Shown here piece by piece: positions 9,220 to 17,448 of a stretch of DNA of 64,000 nt. The stretch lies in assembly GCA_017962845.1 (NCBI GenBank), contig JAGCUN010000024.1:23298-87297 (forward strand), written 5' to 3'. Position numbers and translations under genes: made by a program. The notes beneath the pieces were generated by a model that worked only from the letters and a program-made list of their open reading frames with translations, was not told where the DNA came from and did no database searches. Position 1 is the stretch's first letter; each line of letters starts with the position of its first letter. Origin of the DNA: Bacteroidales bacterium (GTDB lineage Bacteria; Bacteroidota; Bacteroidia; Bacteroidales; WCHB1-69).

Positions 9220-9227
9220 TATTTTTG
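9220..9227 (+). promoter_or_regulatory. -7 box TATTTTTG for the small-gene pair
   Basis: GTGTATTTTTGCAGGG. It lies inside the tracked ORF start (9208), which argues for the ATG at 9250. Confidence 0.45.
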
Positions 9228-9249
9228 CAGGGTGAAAAATCACATAACT

Positions 9250-9483
9250 ATGTGCCGTTCCACCATCAACAAAATAGATTACCTTGTGGCATTAATTACT
9301 GAATTTGCTTTAGCACATCATGTATCCACACAATATGCTTATCAATATCTTCAAAAGTATAAAGGTCTTGATTTTGTAGAAAGATTTTATGACGTGGAAC
9401 ATACTTTTTCCTTTGAAAACACGGTGGAAGACCTTACGGCTTATTGTAAACGAATGGGAGGAACATTGGCACATAAGTTATGA
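9250..9483 (+). CDS. small DUF3791-like protein
   Basis: ~77 aa. INKIDYLVALITEFALAHHVSTQYAYQYLQKYKGLDFVERFYDVEHTFSFENTVEDL resembles the DUF3791 family as I remember it. AT-rich relative to its flanks. Confidence 0.55.
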   Translation: MCRSTINKIDYLVALITEFALAHHVSTQYAYQYLQKYKGLDFVERFYDVEHTFSFENTVEDLTAYCKRMGGTLAHKL

Positions 9484-9719
9484 ATGGGAAGGAAACTTTT
9501 ATGATAGAAACATTGACGCGAGAACTGATTGCGAGGTTGATGGATGAACGTTCATTTTCTTTGCGTGACGCAATGGATATTGTCTATAATTCGAAGACTT
9601 ATAGTTCTCTTAACAATGTCAAAACAGGTCTCTTTTTTCAAAGTCCAGCGTATTTATATGATCTTTTAGAAGAAGAAATGAAGTCTGTTTCAATCCATGA
9701 TAGTGAATCACCTAAATAA
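9480..9719 (+). CDS. second small DUF3791-like or unknown protein, translationally coupled
   Basis: 79 aa. Its ATG overlaps the upstream TGA (ATGA at 9480-9483). Same size class and helical character (LTRELIARLMDERSFSLRDAMDIVYNSKTY). Confidence 0.5.
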   Translation: MNGKETFMIETLTRELIARLMDERSFSLRDAMDIVYNSKTYSSLNNVKTGLFFQSPAYLYDLLEEEMKSVSIHDSESPK

Positions 9720-9745
9720 TTAATGTCTCAATTATTCCCCACTTT

Positions 9746-11251
9746 ATGAAAACCTCATCTTTGTCGGCAGTTGTAGCCGTGCTTTTTCTGAGCATTGCCA
9801 CCGCTTTCGCACAGTGCGACCCGATAGTGGTAACCGCCGATGAACCCTATTTTGAAGATTTTGCCGGCGACGGTTTCGCCTGCTGGACCTTGGCCGACAC
9901 GCTCCATGGTGGCCGCTGGGTCAACATTCACGGCAGCGACGCATCGGCCTTGGCCTTCACATACTCCAGCGACAGCACCGGCGCAGAAGCCCGCATCATC
10001 TCTCCCGTTTTCGACCTGTCGGGGGCTGCTTCGGCTCAGCTGTCGTTCGTCTATTTCCTGTACGCCTTCTATTCCGCCGATGAGATTACGGTGAGCTACC
10101 GCACCTCCGAAACCGACACGTGGCATACTTTGGGAACTCTCACCACCATCAGTTCCAATTATTTGGAACAGTCGTATCCCCTCACCGACCTTTCTTCTAC
10201 GTATCAAATCTCCTTTTGGGGACGTGATATGGGCGGCTTGCTCGACTATATCACCAACATTGAGATTACGGTGGCTGGCGGCTGCGCGCGGCCTACCAGC
10301 GTGCAGGTTTCCGACATCACTACCACTTCTGCTGTGCTCAGCTGGACGGCCAACAACGGCGAAACCAGCTGGAGCTTGGAACTGGACGGGGTGGAGTCGC
10401 CGGTGAATGTGACCAGCAACCCTTTCACGCTGACGGGTTTGTTCCCGCAGACGAATTATACGGTGCGTATCAAGGCCAACTGCGATGCCGACAATAGCTC
10501 CGACTGGTCCACGCCGGTAGTGTTCAACACCGAATGTGGCGTGTTCCCGGTTACGGATGCCAATCCCTATAGAGATGATTTTGAGGGAGATGACAATTTT
10601 GTGTGCTGGACTTCAGAACCCATCTCCGGCTCTGACAATTGGGTGGTGGACCATGGTTATCTCATTGTCAACAACGCCGCTTTCTTCACTTGGCTGGGCG
10701 ATGAGGCACGGCTGATTTCTCTCCCGTTGGATCTTACCGCGGTCACCGATCCCTATCTGTTCTTCAAGCGCAAGCAGTCACAGGGTTATACTGATGTTGA
10801 CGCGTTGTCGGTATGGTACCGCACTTCCGCCACCGACGAATGGCACTCCATTGCCCAATACCTTTTCCCGACCAATGGCTATGAGCAGGTGGCAGTAGCC
10901 CTTCCGCAGCCGTCGGCAACCTACCAGATCGCTTTCCAAGCGAAGTCGAACAATGCCGAGGGCGTATATGTGGACGACGTGGTAGTGGGCGATTTTAGCG
11001 TTGGAATTTCCGACAACCAGCCGTTTGAGGTGGCCGTCTATCCCAACCCGACCACCGGCTACGTGACCGTTGAGAGCGACGCTGTTGGAGCCGACATCAC
11101 CGTATTCGATGCTTTCGGCAAACGGTTGATGACCTCCAAAGTCGCTGCCGAGCGCACGGAACTTGACTTCAGCGAGTTCGCTACAGGTATCTACATGGTT
11201 CGCATCGCCGCCGTCCATGGTTCTACAACCGTTAAGGTGGTGAAGGAATAA
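9746..11251 (+). CDS. modular T9SS cargo protein, short paralogue of 5862-9149
   Basis: Signal peptide. CW-motif module, Fn3-like module (10283-10537), second CW-motif module, then the type A CTD YPNPTTGYVTVESDAVGADITVFDAFGKRLMTSKV...GIYMVRI...VKVVKE. Confidence 0.85.
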   Translation: MKTSSLSAVVAVLFLSIATAFAQCDPIVVTADEPYFEDFAGDGFACWTLADTLHGGRWVNIHGSDASALAFTYSSDSTGAEARIISPVFDLSGAASAQLSFVYFLYAFYSADEITVSYRTSETDTWHTLGTLTTISSNYLEQSYPLTDLSSTYQISFWGRDMGGLLDYITNIEITVAGGCARPTSVQVSDITTTSAVLSWTANNGETSWSLELDGVESPVNVTSNPFTLTGLFPQTNYTVRIKANCDADNSSDWSTPVVFNTECGVFPVTDANPYRDDFEGDDNFVCWTSEPISGSDNWVVDHGYLIVNNAAFFTWLGDEARLISLPLDLTAVTDPYLFFKRKQSQGYTDVDALSVWYRTSATDEWHSIAQYLFPTNGYEQVAVALPQPSATYQIAFQAKSNNAEGVYVDDVVVGDFSVGISDNQPFEVAVYPNPTTGYVTVESDAVGADITVFDAFGKRLMTSKVAAERTELDFSEFATGIYMVRIAAVHGSTTVKVVKE

Positions 11252-11316
11252 TTTGTTCGTAGGGCTGTCATACTATGGTAGGGCTGCCATAATTTAATAC
11301 GTTACACGAACGTGGT

Positions 11317-11350
11317 AAAAAAATCCCGCAGGAAATTGCGGGATTTTTTT
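11317..11350 (+). terminator. rho-independent terminator, near-copy of 9172-9204
   Basis: AAAAAAATCCCGCAGGAAATTGCGGGATTTTTTT. Confidence 0.65.
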
Positions 11351-11351
11351 G

Positions 11352-11359
11352 TATCTTTG
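11352..11359 (+). promoter_or_regulatory. -7 box TATCTTTG for the 11416 CDS
   Basis: TAnnTTTG match 57 nt upstream of the ATG. Confidence 0.45.
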
Positions 11360-11415
11360 CACTCTGAATAATTGTCTATTTTCTGAAAAGAAAAACCTTT
11401 AATTTCTTAATATCA

Positions 11416-13476
11416 ATGAAAAAACTATGTCTCTTGATGGTACTGGCAACTTGCTGTATTTCAGCGGTCAATGCCCAAAACACATTGTATGTGAAACCCG
11501 ATGCCGCCAGCAATGCCTGGAACGGGATGAGCGAGATGGTGTACACCAACTTGCAGGATGCTATCGATGCCGCACAGGCGGGCGACCAGATTTGGGTGGC
11601 CGCCGGCACCTACGTGCCTACCAGCAACTTCCCCAACGGTACCGATAACCGCTGCAAATCCTTCGTGCTGAAAAGCGGTGTGGCCATCTACGGCAGCTTC
11701 GCCGGCACCGAGACCGACATTTCACAACGTGAAACCGAAGACCTGCCCTTCTATTACACCAACCCCACCGTCCTCAGCGGCGAAATCAGCAACACGCCTA
11801 CTGTCTTTACCGACAATGCCTATCATGTGGTGTATGCCGCTACCGCCAGCGACTTTGTCCTTGATGGCTTCACCATCATGGGCGGCTATGGAAACCGCAA
11901 TGCCTATAACAACGAGCAGCGCGGTGCGGGCATCTTCATGGGTGGAAGCACCGAGACGAACCATTCCACCAACAGCGTTGTGCGCAACTGCTTGTTCTAC
12001 CAGAATACCGCCAACCTCAACGGAGGTGCCGCCTACGTGCCCTATACCAACCGCTTAGAAAACTGCGCCTTTTCCAATAACTCGGTTGTCGCTGCCAACT
12101 CCGGCGGCGGCGCGGTGTTCTTCGACAATTGTTCCTACCTTGATACGGTGGCCCTCAACTGCTATTTTATGGATAATAGCTGCGCCGCTACTTCAGGTGT
12201 CAGCGCCACCTCGCGCTATGGCGGCGGTGCGGTGAGCAGCGGCAACAACTGCCTCTTCTACGGATGCGCTTTCATCAGCAACAGCTGCACTAACCCCGGC
12301 GGTGCCGCCTATTTCGGCAACAGCAACCAGTTCCACAACTGCACCTTCGTCGGCAACTCTGCCACGAGAGGAGGTGCCCTGTTCGGCAACACCGCCTCCA
12401 GTCTGCTGACCTCCAACTGTCTGATCATGAACAATGCGGCCTCCACCGAAGCGGGTGCTATCTACACTACTGGCGGTAGCAGCCGCAGCGTCAACTGCAC
12501 CTTCGCCGGCAATACCGCCCCCACCAACACGGTCATCGGCGCGGGTAGCGGCTTCACCCTCTTCAATAGCATTCTGTGGAACAACGGCAGCGATGCCAAC
12601 AACCTCTTCACCTCCAACCTTAACTGCCAATACTCCGCCGTGGAAGGTATGCTCCCCGCTGGCAACGGTAACCTCAACCTCGCCACCGCCGACTTCGCCT
12701 TCCAGTCGCCCAGCACCCTCGTGGGTCTGCCGACCGATGAAGACCAGCTCGAAGCCATCCTCATGGCCGACTTCTCGTTGCAGGGCAGCTCGCTCTGTCG
12801 CGATGCCGGCAGCACTGCCACCCTCAGCCTCTCCGGATACCAGTTCCCCGATGTTGACTTCGCCGGCGAGCCGCGTATCAACGGTGCCCTCATCGACCTC
12901 GGCTGCTACGAAATCCAGTGCGATGACGCAGAACTCACCTTCTCCATCAATGTCATCGACACCATGTATAGCAGCGAAATCCCCGGCACGGGCATCATCC
13001 ATATCGAGATCGCTATCGACAACTATAACGCCAACGACCAGTACCAGATCACTGTTCAGGATGCCGACATGAGCGAGCCGATGACCAACGGCAGCTACAC
13101 CCTGAGCCTCAACTTCCCCGATGTGCTCACTTTCACCATCGTGAGAACCGATGAATTCGGCTGCACCTACTCGGTGGACAGCACCATCGACACCTACAAC
13201 GACTCCATCTTCAATGGCATCCACGAAAATGGTCTTGCCAACGTCATCGTTTACCCCAACCCCGCTGGCAACCAAGTCACCGTACAGTGCCTCGGCGGCT
13301 ACCAGGGCGGCGAGTGGCAGCTGTTCGACCTTAACGGCCGTTGCATCCTGAGTCATCCCGTCACCACCGAAACCATGACCCTCAACCTCACCCAGTGCCC
13401 TGCTGGCGTATATCTGCTCCGTAGAGTGGATGGTGATGGCAAAGTATTGGGAATCACTCGTTTAGTGAAACGTTAA
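11416..13476 (+). CDS. right-handed beta-helix (pectin-lyase-fold-like repeat) T9SS cargo protein
   Basis: Signal peptide. Many N[CS].F..N.A...GGA[IVL][YF] repeats typical of parallel beta-helix or choice-of-anchor-Q proteins. The C-terminus VYPNPAGNQVTVQC...GVYLLR...ITRLVKR is a type A CTD. Confidence 0.8.
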   Translation: MKKLCLLMVLATCCISAVNAQNTLYVKPDAASNAWNGMSEMVYTNLQDAIDAAQAGDQIWVAAGTYVPTSNFPNGTDNRCKSFVLKSGVAIYGSFAGTETDISQRETEDLPFYYTNPTVLSGEISNTPTVFTDNAYHVVYAATASDFVLDGFTIMGGYGNRNAYNNEQRGAGIFMGGSTETNHSTNSVVRNCLFYQNTANLNGGAAYVPYTNRLENCAFSNNSVVAANSGGGAVFFDNCSYLDTVALNCYFMDNSCAATSGVSATSRYGGGAVSSGNNCLFYGCAFISNSCTNPGGAAYFGNSNQFHNCTFVGNSATRGGALFGNTASSLLTSNCLIMNNAASTEAGAIYTTGGSSRSVNCTFAGNTAPTNTVIGAGSGFTLFNSILWNNGSDANNLFTSNLNCQYSAVEGMLPAGNGNLNLATADFAFQSPSTLVGLPTDEDQLEAILMADFSLQGSSLCRDAGSTATLSLSGYQFPDVDFAGEPRINGALIDLGCYEIQCDDAELTFSINVIDTMYSSEIPGTGIIHIEIAIDNYNANDQYQITVQDADMSEPMTNGSYTLSLNFPDVLTFTIVRTDEFGCTYSVDSTIDTYNDSIFNGIHENGLANVIVYPNPAGNQVTVQCLGGYQGGEWQLFDLNGRCILSHPVTTETMTLNLTQCPAGVYLLRRVDGDGKVLGITRLVKR

Positions 13477-13479
13477 GCC

Positions 13480-13815
13480 ATGGATACGATCAGACAACAG
13501 AAGACTTCCCAGCTCATCAAGAAGGAGCTCGCCGAGATTTTCCTCTTCGACGGTCCGAGCGTGTACGACTGCATGATCACCGTCACCAAGACGAGCGTCA
13601 CGAAAGATCTCTCCATCGCCCGTTCCTACCTCAGCATCTTCAACGCCGAGGATAATGAGGCGGTGTTGAAGGCGGTACGCGCCAACACCAAGGAGATTCG
13701 ATATAGGTTGGGACAGAAAATCCATAACCAAGTGCGCATCATCCCACAGTTGGAGTTTTTTATCGATGACTCTTTGGATTATATCGAAAATATTGAAAGA
13801 CTACTGAAACAGTGA
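13480..13815 (+). CDS. rbfA: ribosome-binding factor A
   Basis: 111 aa. R..K....I.KELAEI...D......ITVT.....DLS.A..Y.S pattern characteristic of RbfA. Confidence 0.85.
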   Translation: MDTIRQQKTSQLIKKELAEIFLFDGPSVYDCMITVTKTSVTKDLSIARSYLSIFNAEDNEAVLKAVRANTKEIRYRLGQKIHNQVRIIPQLEFFIDDSLDYIENIERLLKQ

Positions 13816-13836
13816 TAGTTAAATAACGTACAGACC

Positions 13837-15120
13837 GTGTCCACCCGCAAATTCAGAACGGCCCTTTTCATCGCATGGCGGCATCTTTTCTCCAAAAAGA
13901 AGCATAGCCTTGTGAACATTATCGCCATCATTTCGGCGCTGGGCGTAATGGCGGGTGCGGCGGCCCTCATCATCGTGCTTTCGGCCTACAACGGACTTGA
14001 ACAGCTGGTGGAGGATTCGTTCAACAATTTCAACCCAGACTTCAAGATTACTGCCAAAGAAGGCAAGTCTTTCGATGTCAGCACTTTCCCTATTGAAAAA
14101 CTGCAAAAGTTACAGGGAGTGAAGGCCGCCGAGCAGGTGGTGTCGGACATGGTGCTGATCGAATACGCTGACAAGCAGTATCTCATTAATTTGAAGGGAG
14201 TTGAGGAGACTTATGTGGAGCATTTGGTGGAACGGAAAAAGGATCTGCTGATTGATGGCAGCTTCGCCTTTTCGGCCGATACCACCCAGTGGAGCGAGGA
14301 GCAGAGTGTGCTCTGGGAGAGTGGAGATTATGGGGTGATGGGCTCGCGGGCGGCTGGCACGTTGCGGCTCAACCTCAACAGTCCGGAGCTCATCAAACTC
14401 TACTACCCGCAGAGGAAGCACAAGGCCCTCGCCCGCGAGCGCGACCTGCTGAAACGCTACTTGGTGCCGGGCGGCGTGTTCGAGTCGCAGACCGAGTACG
14501 ACGACAAATTCCTCTTCTGCTCCATCGACTTCGCCCGCAGCCTGATGAGCTACGACCAGGAAGTGACCTCGGTGGAGGTCTTCCTGCATGACCCTAAACA
14601 GGCCGACAAACTCCAGAAACAGGTGCAGGAGATGGTAGGGGAGAAGTTCGAAGTGAAAAACCGCTACGAACAGGAAGACCTTCTTTTCAAAACCATGAAG
14701 ACCGAGAAAATCGTCATCTTTGTCATCCTCGCCTTCATCCTGCTGATTGCCATCTTCAACATTATCGGTACCCTCGCCATGATGATTATTGAAAAGCGCG
14801 ATGATACCATCGAACTCAATTATTTGGGTGCTGATAAGTCGCTGATACGCAGAATTTTTGTGCTGGAGGGTATGATTATTTCATTCTGTGGAGGCTTGGT
14901 GGGAATGTTGTTGGGATGGTTGATTTGCATTTTACAAACTACTCTCCATTTGGTGAAAATTGGAGGTGGGAATAGTGGTTATATCATTGATTATTACCCT
15001 ATTAAAATGGAAATGATGGACTTCTTCATCGTTTTTGCCACCATCTTTCTCATCAGTCTGCTCGCCTCGCTGCTTCCCACCATTAGGTTAAATCTCAAAT
15101 CGCAAACGCATGAATCGTAA
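13837..15120 (+). CDS. FtsX-like ABC permease (LolE/LolC-type)
   Basis: 427 aa with a GTG start. N-terminal FIAWRHLFSKKKHSLVNIIAIISALGV, a large periplasmic loop, and a C-terminal 3-TM FtsX domain. Confidence 0.75.
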   Translation: MSTRKFRTALFIAWRHLFSKKKHSLVNIIAIISALGVMAGAAALIIVLSAYNGLEQLVEDSFNNFNPDFKITAKEGKSFDVSTFPIEKLQKLQGVKAAEQVVSDMVLIEYADKQYLINLKGVEETYVEHLVERKKDLLIDGSFAFSADTTQWSEEQSVLWESGDYGVMGSRAAGTLRLNLNSPELIKLYYPQRKHKALARERDLLKRYLVPGGVFESQTEYDDKFLFCSIDFARSLMSYDQEVTSVEVFLHDPKQADKLQKQVQEMVGEKFEVKNRYEQEDLLFKTMKTEKIVIFVILAFILLIAIFNIIGTLAMMIIEKRDDTIELNYLGADKSLIRRIFVLEGMIISFCGGLVGMLLGWLICILQTTLHLVKIGGGNSGYIIDYYPIKMEMMDFFIVFATIFLISLLASLLPTIRLNLKSQTHES

Positions 15121-17422
15121 AGTTTTGATATTCACAATATTGATGGGTGTGTTGCTGGCATGGTCTTCACGCCTTGCCGCGCAGATTGCCGTCGGCGATT
15201 TTCGTACCCATCTCTCCTATTTCGGTGTTCATTCTGTAACGGCCTCTCCCGACTACGTTTATGCAGCCTCCGATAACGGTGTGATTTTTTACGACCGCGC
15301 AACTCAAGCTGTTGATACTTGGACCAAGGTGGAAGGGTTGTCTGAGACGGGCATTTCCAGCGTCTTTTACGATGAGGATTCCCGTTATTTGATTGTGGTT
15401 TATAAGAATGCCAATCTCGATTTCATTCGTGACGGCCAACTTACCAATCTTCCTGACATCTATAACAAAACGATGACGGGCGAGAAAAGCATCAACTATA
15501 TCCTGCCGTACAACCACCTGCTCTATCTTGGCTGCTCTTTTGGTATTGTCATCATTGACCCCACTACGCTGTTGATTCAGGATACGTGGTACACCCAGGC
15601 AGGTACGGTTTCTCGGCGTATTAATTCAATGCAAGTATTTGATGATCAATTTTTTATACTAACAGATAACGGAATTTATCATACCCCAGTGGCTTCACAC
15701 TCCCAAGCTGACTTTTCCACTTGGCAAAGGGTGTATGGCTTGCCCATGGGCGACTACCAGCACAGTTGCGTGTTTGATGGGCGATTGTATGTCACCTGTC
15801 ATTTCGAGAACGAGGTTGATACCTTGTTGATGTTTGATGGCAGTGCGTGGCTCCCGTCGCAGGTTGACCTTTCTACCATTCGTGCCCTTGATGTGAATGA
15901 TGATCAGTTGCTTGTGGCCTCTTGGAGTTTCGCGCAGATTTATGATGCCTCCGAACAGATGTTGGGTTATTTTGGCTATGAAGGAGTGTACCAGTGGCAG
16001 AATGTGCAAGATGCTTGTTTGGACGGAAATCTGATTTGGTTCGCCGATGCCAATAATGGGCTGATGCAGATGTCGCAAGACTGGAGTGTGGTGAAATTGC
16101 ATGAGATCAACGGCCCCTATTCCCGTTCCTCGTATCGTATGGATTATTGCGATGGTAAGTTGGTGATGGTACCGGGCGCTATCTCGTCGGCGGGTGGTAA
16201 AATTTACTTGACTCCAGATCTTTCGTGTTTTTCTAATGAACAGTGGACCAATGCCTTCCAGATGCACAATCCTTCCCTTGCGGGTGCCTACGACTTGGCA
16301 TCGGTTGCCATCAATCCAAGGAATAGCAGTGAGATCTATGCGGGACTGTTTGAGGGAGGCGTGGTGAAGTACCGTGATTATAGGGTGGAAGAGATTTTTA
16401 ATCGTTCCAATAGCAATCTGGTATCTTTCGATAGTGCTGACGCGTATGTAGGTGGATTGTGCTTTGATGGTTACGGAAATCTTTGGATTTCAAGTAGTTA
16501 TTCTTCTCGTCCGCTTACGGTACTTAAGTCTGATGGTACTTGGAAGAGTTTCCCGCTTTCGGCGTTTGTTTCGGGTTACAACACCTTGCTGACCGATATT
16601 ATGGTGGACTCACGGGGCTGGAAGTGGGTGCTTTTACCGCGTGCCAATACGATTGTGGTTTTCGATGACAACAATACGATTGATAATGTGACGGATGACC
16701 ATGCCATGTCGGTAAACATGAATGCCGCAGCCACTATCAGTACCTCCTCTGTGAATTGTGTGGTGGAGGATAAGAAAGGAGAGATTTGGATAGGCTGTAA
16801 CTTGGGTGTCAAGGTGATTTATAATCCTTCGCAGATTTTCTCGGGAGGGGTCTATCCGCAAAATATTCTGGTTGAACAGATTAATTATGTGCAGAATCTC
16901 TTTGAATTTGAGGAGGTGACGGCTATTGCGGTGGATGATGCCAATCGCAAGTGGGTCGGCACGGCCAAGTCGGGCGTATTCCTCATTTCGCCGAACGGCG
17001 ACAAACAGTTGCTCCATTTCAACACCGACAATTCGCCGTTGCTTTCCAATCGCATCAACCACATCACCATCCAGCGGCAGACTGGCGAGGTGTTCTTCGC
17101 TACCGCCGACGGCATCGTGTCCTATCGCGGAACAGCCACTGAAGGGACGGAAGACTACAGCGAGGTGACGGTATTCCCGAATCCGGTGCGCGAGACCTAC
17201 AATGGTGTCATTACGGTCAGCGGCCTCAAGGAGAACTCCTTCTGCAAGGTGGCCGATGCTGCGGGCAATTTGGTGTGGCAGGATTATGCCAATGGCGGAA
17301 CCTTCACCTGGAATGGCCGCGACTTTAACGGCAAACGCCCCGCCACAGGTGTCTATTTCGTGTTTGCCTCTGATAAGGATGGTAAAAAGAAGGCGGTCGC
17401 TAAAATTCTGTTTGTCCATTAA
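15110..17422 (+). CDS. PorZ-like T9SS surface component (double beta-propeller plus type A CTD)
   Basis: 770 aa. Signal peptide, repeated two-component-regulator-propeller-like blades (e.g. NRKWVGTAKSGVFLISPNG, GEVFFATADGIVSYRG), and the CTD VTVFPNPVRETYNGVITVSGL...TGVYFVFA...AKILFVH. Size and architecture match PorZ. Confidence 0.6.
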   Translation: MNRKVLIFTILMGVLLAWSSRLAAQIAVGDFRTHLSYFGVHSVTASPDYVYAASDNGVIFYDRATQAVDTWTKVEGLSETGISSVFYDEDSRYLIVVYKNANLDFIRDGQLTNLPDIYNKTMTGEKSINYILPYNHLLYLGCSFGIVIIDPTTLLIQDTWYTQAGTVSRRINSMQVFDDQFFILTDNGIYHTPVASHSQADFSTWQRVYGLPMGDYQHSCVFDGRLYVTCHFENEVDTLLMFDGSAWLPSQVDLSTIRALDVNDDQLLVASWSFAQIYDASEQMLGYFGYEGVYQWQNVQDACLDGNLIWFADANNGLMQMSQDWSVVKLHEINGPYSRSSYRMDYCDGKLVMVPGAISSAGGKIYLTPDLSCFSNEQWTNAFQMHNPSLAGAYDLASVAINPRNSSEIYAGLFEGGVVKYRDYRVEEIFNRSNSNLVSFDSADAYVGGLCFDGYGNLWISSSYSSRPLTVLKSDGTWKSFPLSAFVSGYNTLLTDIMVDSRGWKWVLLPRANTIVVFDDNNTIDNVTDDHAMSVNMNAAATISTSSVNCVVEDKKGEIWIGCNLGVKVIYNPSQIFSGGVYPQNILVEQINYVQNLFEFEEVTAIAVDDANRKWVGTAKSGVFLISPNGDKQLLHFNTDNSPLLSNRINHITIQRQTGEVFFATADGIVSYRGTATEGTEDYSEVTVFPNPVRETYNGVITVSGLKENSFCKVADAAGNLVWQDYANGGTFTWNGRDFNGKRPATGVYFVFASDKDGKKKAVAKILFVH

Positions 17423-17448
17423 CCGTTGCTGTGTAGAATAGCAATAGC

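Noticed and set aside
11259-11291. Short direct repeat GTAGGGCTG[T/C]CATA x2 after the 9746 cargo gene.
   Set aside because: There are only two 14-nt copies in a 3' UTR upstream of a clear terminator. That is too short and isolated to interpret, and no other copies were seen in the window.
12193-13356. 387-aa antisense ORF inside the beta-helix cargo gene. Overlapping same-strand ORFs lie at 12434-13072 and 11678-12058.
   Set aside because: The Ala/Gly/Val-rich translations mirror the repetitive GC-rich sense sequence. The sense frame has a signal peptide, repeats and a T9SS CTD, so these are frame artefacts.
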